From: Dictyostelium discoideum
Taxonomy: Eukaryota
Length of the DNA: 64,000 nt
Reading direction: 5' to 3'
Assembly (NCBI GenBank): GCA_000004695.1
Contig: CM000151.3
Location: 320,001-384,000, forward strand
In this document: piece after piece, positions 51,690 through 61,095 of the stretch
Position numbering within the stretch: position 1 is the stretch's first letter
How the letters are laid out: each line of letters begins with the position of its first letter
Program-made: the position numbers and the translations under genes
Notes under the pieces: model-generated
What the model was told of the DNA's origin: nothing
Databases searched by the model: none
Seen by the model: only the letters and a program-made list of their open reading frames with translations

Positions 51690-52239
51690 TATACACTTCA
51701 TATAAATGAAACCAGTAAAATTGTTATTAAGAAACATAGTATTTGAAATATTGCTTAAAAATTTTTGCATTCTTGTTTTTTGATTTTTAGTAACGGATAT
51801 TAAATCATATACAACTAATAAAGAAACCTATTATAATATATTTAATTAAAAACAATTATAAGTTTTTTTTTTTTATTTATTTTTTTTATTTATTTATTTT
51901 TTTTTTTATTTATTTTTTTTTTTTTTTTTTTTTTCTTTAATTTTTTTTAAAAAGACATAAAAATAGTCAATGAAGATTTAAAATGAGATTCATAATCACA
52001 ACAATAATAGTTTTTTAATATAATTTAAAGGTGGATAGTATTGTGGAAGAATAGATTTGGGTGGTGGTTGTATATTTGGTGAATATTGTGTGGCTACAAT
52101 TGGTTTAACTTGAGACGAAAATGTTTGGTCATAGTGTGAATCAAATTTTTCAAGTGGAGGAGTATATGTTGTATTTATTTACATTGTTCGAGTAAATATT
52201 ATTATTAATATTATTACTATTATTATTATTATTATTATA

Positions 52240-52298
<59 letters not shown>

Positions 52299-52300
52299 TA
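51690..52300 (-). pseudogene. Degenerate third copy of the small tail-anchored-protein family (see 55278-55858 and 56705-57284). The frame is broken and the 5' end is replaced by (ATT)n at 52200-52300.
   Basis: Minus strand 52020-52200 encodes ...NNVN.YN.YTPPLEKFDSHYDQTFSSQVKPIVATQYSPNIQPPPKSILPQYYPP... with a 4-bp insertion. The C-terminal transmembrane exon homolog is at 51700-51800. Confidence 0.35.
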
Positions 52301-52544
52301 TTATCTTTTGGGTAAAAAAAAAATAAAAAAAAAAAAAAAAAAAAAAATTTTATTGTGCTTATTATTAAATTTAAATGATATAATATAATTTAATTATCTT
52401 TATATTTAATCCATGGATTTAAAATAAAGATAATTAAAATATGCAATTGATTTTATAAAACATAATACGAAAGTAATAAAAAGAAATTTGGTTATTTTTT
52501 ATTTTTTTTGGCGATATTTTAGCTGACAACAATTTTGTTTTAAA

Positions 52545-52568
<24 letters not shown>

Positions 52569-52576
<8 letters not shown>

Positions 52577-54000
52577 TGGCATGGGACTTATGTCTGCCAA
52601 AATTACCATATTAATTTCAGCAGCCATATTAATTTTGGCATGGGACTAATGTCTGCCAAAATTACCGTATTAATTCCAGCAGTCATATTAATTTCAGCAT
52701 GTACATAGCAGCCAAAATTAATATGGTAATTTTGGCATAGAAAAAAAAAAGTCAAAGTCATTTAATTAATAATCATCTCAAATATAAACAAAATTTTAGT
52801 ACTAAAATTATTATTATTATTATTTTTATTATAATAATTATAATAATAAAAAAAAAAAAAAAAAAATTTTCATATTATTTTATTTATATCTTTTATTTAT
52901 TTTTATCTTTTTATTTTTATTATTAATTTTATAATTTATTTTCATTTCTTTTTTTTTAGTTGATATATATTTTTTTATTATTCATTTATGTCCACAGCTC
53001 ACAAAAAAAAAAATTAAAATAAAAAAAAATAAAATAAAAAAAAAAAAAAAAAATAATTTTTTTTTTTTAATTATTGGCTCTTCTACTAACTCTTTTGTTA
53101 CTAACAGATGAAGTTTCGTTTGAAAATCTTTTGGTGAAAAAATCAGCATCAGATTGTAATTGATTAGCTCTTTTTTTACCCGTTTTGTTTTTGTTTGATT
53201 GAGTTGTGATTCCACCATTATTGGAAGTTGTTGCAGCTTCATGTGTTGATCTAACTTCGGTGGTAGAGTGCTCGATTGCTTTTTCAACTAGGTCATCTTT
53301 TGATTTTCTTTTGGTTATTTCGATATCCCTTTGCAATTTATTTTTACTTGAGAGTTTGGTGGCCTCTATTCTAGAAGTAGGCTCAGTATTGTAATAAGCT
53401 TTTATAATAGCAGAATGATTATCTGCTTTATAATGATTACTGATGTGCTGTTGACACTGGTTTTGATTAATCATATGAGAGACCATCTTCATCTTTGTTA
53501 AGCCTAACCTTCTCTATAATCTTCACTAAGTCTTTTGAATTTTTGGGTACCAATTTTTTCTTTTTATCTTTATCAATATAAAACACTTCTTTAATAGTTG
53601 CCGTACCATATTCTACATTCTCAACAACATACTGTTTATCCAAAATGTTTTTCCAATAGCTTATATTTGGTCCACTCAATTTGGTATTATGAAATTTATA
53701 ATCTATTTTAAATTTTACATCTTCATCATATTTTTTCAAAAGTTTTTTTAATTTATTATTATTATTTTTTTCAATTTCTGTTGCAGATTATTTAATTTAT
53801 TGTTTCACTGTAGACCATTTTTTGGAACGAAAACTTTAAAAAAATAAAAAAAAAAATACTTTTTAATTTTTTTAATTTTTTTTTTTATATTTTTTTTTTT
53901 TATATTTTTTTTTTTTATATTTTTTTTTTTTAAATTTTTTTTTTTTAATTTTTATTATTGGTATGGTAATTAAAAATCTTATTTTTACTATTTTTTGAAA
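52569..54000 (-). mobile_element. Second, inverted and probably truncated copy of the unclassified terminal-inverted-repeat element (homolog of 28023-30199). It lies next to a minus-strand family-1 pseudogene.
   Basis: 52569-52745 is the reverse complement of the right terminal repeat of copy 1, with one extra sub-repeat unit. 52740-53960 is collinear with the reverse complement of 28900-30050. Homology is lost at about 54000 at a (CAAAAA)n tract. Confidence 0.55.
52982..53739 (-). CDS. Element-borne ORF, copy 2 (same about 255-aa protein), with a single frameshift near 53470 at a different site from copy 1
   Basis: ORFs 53467-53739 (MKKYDEDVKFKIDYKFHNTKLSGPNISYWKNILDKQYVVENVEYGTATIKEVFYIDKDKKKKLVPKNSKDLVKIIEKVRLNKDEDGLSYD) and 53067-53492 (MKMVSHMINQNQCQQHIS...RVSRRANN). 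Confidence 0.5.
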
Positions 54001-54099
54001 GTTAAAAATAAAAAAAATAAAAAAATATGGAAGAATAAAAACAAAAATTAAAACAAAAACAAAAACAAAAACAAACAAAAACAAAAAAAAAATATTTTT

Positions 54100-55060
54100 G
54101 AGCTATTAATTTAACAAATTCACTAAATAATTTATTTTTATCGAATTTAAATATTAATGAATATAATTGTAATTTAAAAATATTATTTATAATTAAATTA
54201 AATATGAATTTTAATTGTTCGGCACTACTTAAATTAATTTTATAATGTCTAATTCATGTTAATGGTGATGAAACTATATTATCAAATAAATATTGATTAA
54301 TTGAAATTGTTTCATAATAATATGATTTCAAGTTATTTTTACAATCATCAATGTATAAACAATGAAATCACTATCATATAAATATAAATGTTTAATTGAT
54401 TTATTTTTAATAAATTTAAAAAAGTATTGATACTAAATAAACCATAACAATCAAATTCAATTCTTTCAATTGATGTATTTAATTCTGAAAATAATGGTTT
54501 AAATTAATTTGAAATGTTTTCTTTAGTTTCATTAATTTCCTTTATATTATACCTGGATCTTCTTCTTCACTATCATCACTTTCTTCCAAGATATCATAAA
54601 TACTACCAGTTTCTCCATTACTCAAGGATGATATTTTAACATTTTTTAAAGATTTACTTGAAATCAATGAATTGATCATTTTTTTTAATTCTGATTTCAT
54701 ATTCTTGAATATTAATTGGGCAAAGTCTAACTCTTTTCCTTCTGATACACCAAATAATATATTATTTAATTCAATAGGAAATTTAATTGAATGTAAATTT
54801 TAAAATTGACCAATTTTCATTTGATTTCCTGGTTCGGCAATTTGAGCTATATTCAATCTATTTTTAATTTTAATTGATTCAATATGTTGACCTGCCATAT
54901 CTGGGTTAAACATTGGAGTTAGATTTACATGTGTTGGGGAACCACAAGCTACATCAGATCCATCATAAATTAAATTTTTACATTTATAAAATTTTAATAT
55001 TTTTAATGTATTTTTATCATGTATCATTTCAGAATTAAAACCAAATATTAATAAATTATT
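54100..55060 (-). pseudogene. Family-1 (F-box-like) divergent pseudocopy on the minus strand
   Basis: ORF 54800-55027: ...KNLIYDGSDVACGSPTHVNLTPMFNPDMAGQHIESIKIKNRLNIAQIAEPGNQMKIGQF, homologous to ...NIIYDGPNVTYDITTYIDYSVLFDPDTSGQQVESIKVKNEYEDCANFVEARHLIKVNQF. Downstream collinear homology contains stops. Confidence 0.5.
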
Positions 55061-55277
55061 AAATTGAAATCCTTTTTTATATAGAATTATTAAAAAAAAT
55101 AAAAAATAAAAAATAAAAAATAAAAAAAAATAAAAAAATAAAATTAAAAAATAAAATTAAAAAATAAAATAAATTAATGAATGTTTTATTTTATTTTACA
55201 TATAACAATAAATTTTTTTTTTATTTTTTTTTTTAATTAGTCAAAGGCTTTTAAAAAAAAAAAAAAAAAATTAAATA

Positions 55278-55858
55278 AAAAATTTGATTAATAACTATAT
55301 GTTGATGAAGCTCCTGCAGAAGAAATAATTAATATTAAAAACAAAACCATGGAAATAATAAACAAAACAATTGAAGCAGTGGCTAGAGTTTTTGCATTCT
55401 TGTTTTTTGATTTTAAGTATCTGATATTAATTAACCATATACAAGAAAAAAAGAAACCTTTTATAAATGTATTAAATTATAATAATAATTAGTAGTTTTT
55501 TTTTTTTTTTTTTTTTTATAAAAGACATACCAATAATAAAAATAATTAATGAAGAATTAAAATGAGACTCATCATCATCAGCACTAATAGTTTTATTTAC
55601 ATTTGGAGGTGGATAGTATTGTGGAGATTGAAGAACAATTTTTGGTGGTTGCGTTTCTAATGAATATTGTGCGGCTATAATAGGTTTGATTTGTGGTGAA
55701 AATGTTTGGTCATAGTGTGAATCTAATTTTTTTTCAATTTGAGGAGTATATGTTGTATTTACATTGTTAAAGTAAATATTATCATTAATATTATTATTTA
55801 AATTTTGGTTATGAGATGAAGAATTTTCTTCATTTAATTGAATATAATCTGTTCCCAT
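55278..55858 (-). CDS. Small tail-anchored membrane protein, tandem family copy 1: exon 1 55531-55858, intron 55458-55530, exon 2 55278-55457
   Basis: MGTDYIQLNEENSSSHNQNLNNNINDNIYFNNVNTTYTPQIEKKLDSHYDQTFSPQIKPIIAAQYSLETQPPKIVLQSPQYYPPPNVNKTISADDDESHFNSSLIIFIIG / FFFSCIWLINIRYLKSKNKNAKTLATASIVLFIISMVLFLILIISSAGASSTYSY*. The C-terminal hydrophobic helix is in exon 2. GTATGTC...AAAAG intron. Confidence 0.5.
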
Positions 55859-56704
55859 TTTAATTGATTAAGCAGGAAATTAAAATTTAAAATTTAAATA
55901 AAAATTTTAGATTGGAAAATTAAAAAAACAACGTAGCACTTTTTTTCTAGTAGTCTAGAAAAAAAAAAAAAAAAGAAAAAAAAATTTAAATTAAAAACAA
56001 TTTTTTTTTAAAAAGACAAATTTGCAGGTTCTTTGATTTTTGAGAAAAAAAATTTTATTCAATCAGTTCCTTAATAAAAAAAAAAAAAAAAAAAATTAAT
56101 TAATTTTTTTAATTTTTTTTAATTTTTTTTATTTTATGGCGATAATAAGAATGACGATTCAAAAAATTAGAAATTTTTTTTTTTTTTAAGAAAAAATGAT
56201 TGATGGGAATGAAACATTTAAAAAAAAAAAAAAAACGAAAGATAGTTTTTTTTTTTTTTTTTAATTTTTTTTTGGCTGATATTTTGTTTTCCAAGAATAT
56301 TGTAATAAAGATACGATTTTTAAAAGTTGATAAATTAATAAAAAAAAAAAAAATGGATAGAGATAAAAATAATAATAATAAAATTAATAATAATTTTTTG
56401 AAAAATAAAAATGAAACTTTTATCGAAGAAAACAATGAATAGAAAAAAGGATTTGTAATCAAATAAAGAGATTTAAATAAATTTTATAATATGCCAACAA
56501 CTAATTAAAAATATCATTGTTGTAAAAATAAATAAATAAATAAATATATAAAAAATAATAATGAGATTAATAAAAGTTTTTTTTTTTAATTTTTTTTTTT
56601 AATGATTAATTTATTTTAAGAAGATTAATTTTTTTAATGATTAGTTTATTTTAAGAAGAACTTTTTTTTTTCTAATTTATTTTTTAATTAAAAAAAAAAG
56701 GATT

Positions 56705-57284
56705 TTATGAAGCTGAAATAATTATAAAGAAACCCAAAATTATGGAAATTACAAACAAAACAATTGAAGCAGTGGCCAAAGCTTTTGCATTCTTGTTATT
56801 TGATTTTAAGTAACGGATGTTAATTAACCATATACAACTAACAAAGAAACCTTTTCATAAACATATAAAATAAAAATAATTACTATTATTAGTTTTTTCT
56901 TTTTTCTTTTTTATTTATTTTTTTTTTTATAAAAGACATACCAAGAATAAAAATAATCAATGAAGAATTAAAATGAGATTCATCATCATCAACACTAATA
57001 GTTATAATAGCATTTGGAGGTGGATAGTATTGTGGAGATTGAAGAACAATTTTTGGTGGTTGTTGTATTTCTTGTGAATATTGTGTGACTACAATTGGTA
57101 TACCTTGGGATGAAAATGTTTGGTGATGGTGTGAATCTAATTTTTCAATTTGAGGAGTATATGTTGTATTTACATTGTTTAAGTAAATATTATCATTTCT
57201 ATTATTATTATTATTATTATTATTTAAATTTTGGTTGTGGAATGAAGAATTTTCTTCATTCAATTGAATATAATCAGTTCCCAT
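56705..57284 (-). CDS. Small tail-anchored membrane protein, tandem family copy 2: exon 1 56942-57284, intron 56851-56941, exon 2 56705-56850
   Basis: MGTDYIQLNEENSSFHNQNLNNNNNNNNRNDNIYLNNVNTTYTPQIEKLDSHHHQTFSSQGIPIVVTQYSQEIQQPPKIVLQSPQYYPPPNAIITISVDDDESHFNSSLIIFILG / FFVSCIWLINIRYLKSNNKNAKALATASIVLFVISIILGFFIIISAS*. Confidence 0.5.
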
Positions 57285-57534
57285 TTTTTATTGAATTTGG
57301 TGAGTAAATAAAATTAAAAAATTAAATAGAAACTTTTACAAATTAAAAAAAAAAAACAAATTTAAAAAAAAAAAAAAAAAAAATTAAATTAAAAAACAAT
57401 TTTTTTAAAAAGGCAGTTCTTTGGTTTTTGAGAAATTCTGATCGATTTATTTATTAGAATAACACAGGTTGGTGGTAACACAAAAAATTGAAAATTTTTT
57501 TTTTTTTTTTTTTTAATCGATTTATAAAATATGG

Positions 57535-57665
57535 GTGTATTTTTCTTGAGAGATTATCATCATTAATTCATTATGTGTTAACCGACTCACTCCATTTTCA
57601 TATGAAATTAATTTTTTTAATTTTTAAATTGGTTTTTGACAAAGATTAAAAATATTCTTTTTTCA
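57535..57665 (+). pseudogene. Family-2 C-terminal fragment (ERL..L..DV..TPY.YEINNFKFLNWFLT) abutting the 3' end of LINE copy A
   Basis: gagagattatcatcattaattcattatgtgttaaccgactcactccattttcatatgaaattaatttttttaatttttaaattggtttttgacaaag is homologous to 40470-40560 of the intact copy. Confidence 0.45.
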
Positions 57666-57675
57666 TTCAAAGGTT

Positions 57676-60000
57676 TTTTTTTTTTTTTTGATATAAATAA
57701 ACTATTGTAGTATAAAATTAGTATGTTATTTTTATTTATTTATTTTAGGTTTTTTAGTTTTTGTGAATTTAAAATGGTATGTTATTTTAGATTAGGTAAT
57801 TAATAATTAATTGGTGGTGTAATTGTTGGAATTGGTTCATTTGTGTTTATGCTCCATTCTTTTTTAAATTTTTTGATGGTTTCGGACCATTGGGTTTCTT
57901 TTTGAGTTTTTATGAGGTTGTTTTTAATTGAGTATTGGTTAAAGTTTGATAATGTTCTTGAATATTCCAATCTTATTAGCTTGTGCCATTTTGATTTTAA
58001 TATATCATAATCTAGTGTTGTGTTGTTTATTTGGTTGTTCCAATTATCAATTGATTGAGTTATATTGATGTCAAATAATGATTTGAATAACCATATCCAT
58101 ATTTGGTGAATAACTAATGAGATTATGTTCCAATATGCATGTGTTCTGACTAGATCAAGATTTGTGTTTATATAATTCCAGTTGAACCTGTATTTTTTAT
58201 ATTGTGCGTTTTCTGCAAAATGAAAATTAATATTGATAGTTGGATCTGGTTTAAATGCTTTGTTGTTTGTTTGTGGTTTATAAATGAGTGTGTATAATTT
58301 TGTTGTTTGGTTTTTTGTTAGTGACCAGTTTTTGTTTCCATTGCAATTTTTATATATAAAATATTTTAATTTGTCGTGGTTTATGAAGTAGATTGTGTGC
58401 TGACAATTGAAAAACAAATGACCATAGGGATCATTATTCATTTCATTGTTGCAAATGGGGCAAACTTTGTTGAGTAGATGATTAATCGGAAGACATCTAG
58501 CATGGAATCTTTGCATTGTATCACGGCCTTTTGGATCTTTTAGCTTTTGAATTTTGACAAATAGTTGGTCGTATGTGTATTTCCATAATAGTTGTATTGA
58601 TTGTTGGTGCGAAGTAAGAAGTAGATCTGAATATTTCTTTCCAATATAGTCTTTTGATTTACATTGATGATTGTTGAGTATTGTCGAGTAGATTTCTTTG
58701 AGTGTTGGTGGTAGTGAAATATTATTTGTTGTTAATGTTTGAGAGGTTTGGTTTTTTATTAATATTGGTTAAAGGGTTTGAACTTTATCTTTTAGATGTC
58801 CAATTTGAGTTGCATAGTTTTCCCATTCTTTTTTTATTTTTATAAGGTATGGAGAAGAGATTGATTTGTTAATAATTTGATCCATCCAACTTATCATGTA
58901 TATTGAATTGTTTGCAGATTTATGCATTTGTAAAAATCTGTTGTATATCCAAATCTTTTGAGCAACTTGTCGTAATTGTATATTCCACATACCCCAACCA
59001 CCTTCTTTTAATGGTTTTAATGATCTATCATAACACATCAAAGGTATTTTTGCACGTGAATGGATGGTTGATGTGTTATTTTCAATGGAATTGGTATTGA
59101 GAGTTGGTGATTCAGAATTTGCGGGAGAATTCATAAACCATGAGATTAATTTATTAATTTGAATTTCTTCATCTTTTGTAAATTCTTCAAGGTATGATAA
59201 ATATGTTATTGGTGATAGTGAGTAGGTGTTTATGATGGTTGTTTTTGTTTTTAATGTTGTGCCACTAGTTTTCCATAGTACTAATGATTTGATCAGTGTT
59301 TTCATTGTTTCTGGTAATTTCCTATGTAAACCATTATGATTAAAGAAATAGCCAATGAACTCTTTCTGATTGATCTTTTTTGGTTATTGGAATTCTTTTT
59401 GATTGTGGAATGTTGTTTATTATGTGTTTATCAGTGATTTTGTGGTGGTTGATTTCTATTATTGCACTTTTGTCAAAATTTAATGATGATGATGTTGAAG
59501 CGCAGAAATTATTTGAAATGTTTGATTGATTGTTGTTGTTGTTCGTAGGTGATGTTGTATGTTGTAGAGTCGTCTGCAAATTGGGTAAATTTAATTTTAA
59601 TTTGTGGTAATCCAATTATTGTATTGTCTGCATTTATTGTTCTTGCTAATATTTCAATTACAATTACAAATAGAGTGGCTGAGATTGGGTCACCTTGTTT
59701 TACACCTCTTTTAATATCGAATTTTCTGGTCGTTTTACCATTAATTGAAATTTTTGCTTGTGGAGTCAGATAATAGCTTGTGGATTAAATTTATTAATTT
59801 TATTGGTATACCAATATGAATTAATGTTCTTTTAATACTATCGTGAGAGATAGAATCAAATGCTTTGAAGAAGTCAAATAGTGTGATGATACCAGGGAGG
59901 TTTTTAGATTTGAGGTAGTTGATTAATTCATTGATGTTGATGATGTTGTCTATGATGAATCTGTGGGGTACGAAACCAGTTTGGTTGATGTTGATGATCT
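57676..60000 (-). mobile_element. Non-LTR (LINE-type) retrotransposon copy A, 5'-truncated. Poly(A) tail (T16 on plus strand) 57676-57692; 3' UTR to 57800; ORF2 C-terminal Zn-finger domain (57800-58516) and reverse-transcriptase C-terminal half (58769-about 60000).
   Basis: Minus-strand ORFs: MQRFHARCLPINHLLNKVCPICNNEMNNDPYGHLFFNCQHTIYF... (the CCHC-type C-terminal domain typical of LINE ORF2) and ...LVLWKTSGTTLKTKTTIINTYSLSPITYLSYLEEFTKDEEIQINKLISWF..., paralogous to copy B. The plus-strand ORF 59549-59773 is an antisense artefact. Confidence 0.65.
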
Positions 60001-60059
60001 GACTACAGTGAGAATTGGTTTAACTTGGTTTAAATGATTAATGTAGAATGCATTTGTAA

Positions 60060-60730
60060 CGTGCATTCTACATAAACATAAGAAAAGATGGATATTATCA
60101 CCTGGTACTGCAAATGACCATGAAGCAATCAATATTATCAATCATTTAATAACTAATCACAATAACACATCAATCAATCAATTCCCAAACTGGTCAAAAG
60201 TAAAATCAAAAATTATTAAAACTCTAAAAAACTATCAATATAACAAAGACAAACAAACTCAACGTGCAAAACAAATACTATTAGAAAAAGCAGCAAAATT
60301 CAAACATCTTGAAGAACAATGCATCGCTGAATACAACATTATATGTAACAAAAACAAATTACATCAAAACCACACAAACATATTAAAAAACATATAAATG
60401 GAGAAATACCTAGCAAGTATCTATCAGCAATACTAAACAAAAGATCAAAAGATGCAAAAATTGCATCAATCTAATATGGTAACATCATTACATCCGACCC
60501 CGACCAAATTGAAAATGCGTTTGTTGAATTCTACACAAATCTATATAGCTTACAAATATGTTGTCCAATTACTCACCAGCTCATGCTAAACACATGGCCC
60601 ATCATAAAAAATGAATATTGGAATGGTTTAGACTCACCATTTATACAAGATGAAGTTGAAGCTGCAATTAAAACCTGTAACCCCAACAAATCACCCGATA
60701 CAGTTGAAATCTCCTGCGATAATAGATACA
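60060..60730 (+). mobile_element. Plus-strand LINE ORF2 fragment (the linker region between the endonuclease and the start of the reverse transcriptase), inverted relative to the flanking copies
   Basis: Plus-strand translation, with one frameshift: ...AKQILLEKAAKFKHLEEQCIAEYNII... GEIPSKYLSAILNKRSKDAKIASI.YGNIITSDPDQIENAFVEFYTNLYSLQ...WNGLDSPFIQDEVEAAIKTCNPNKSPDTVEISCDNR. This is the conserved pre-RT region. The junction with copy A carries a palindrome tgtagaatgcatttgtaacgtgcattctaca (60041-60071). Confidence 0.5.
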
Positions 60731-61015
60731 TGTTGGGATTGGTTTGGTATTGGGTTTGTTGAGTGGTTGTGGAGAAGTGTTTGTAGTGAAGTTGCATATG
60801 AATTCTTTTTGATGGTATTATTTGATGCTGGTGCGTAAATTCCAAGAATACCAATTGGTAATTGATTTGGAAATATAACGTTTGCTAAAATAACTCTACC
60901 ATCAATTGTTGATATGTGTTTGAGTTTGAGTGTGTTTGGGTTATGGTTAATGATGATTACACCATTTCCTCGTTTGGTGACAGAGATGATGTGATCGGGA
61001 AAATCATGTTTAAGT
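60730..61015 (-). mobile_element. Minus-strand LINE ORF2 fragment: N-terminal apurinic/apyrimidinic endonuclease (APE) domain
   Basis: Minus-strand translation QLKHDFPDHIISVTKRGNGVIIINHNPNTLKLKHISTIDGRVILANVIFPNQLPIGILGIYAPASNNTIKKNS...IIAGDFNCIG, a typical APE N-terminal region including the GDFN motif. Confidence 0.5.
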
Positions 61016-61017
61016 TG

Positions 61018-61020
<3 letters not shown>

Positions 61021-61095
<75 letters not shown>

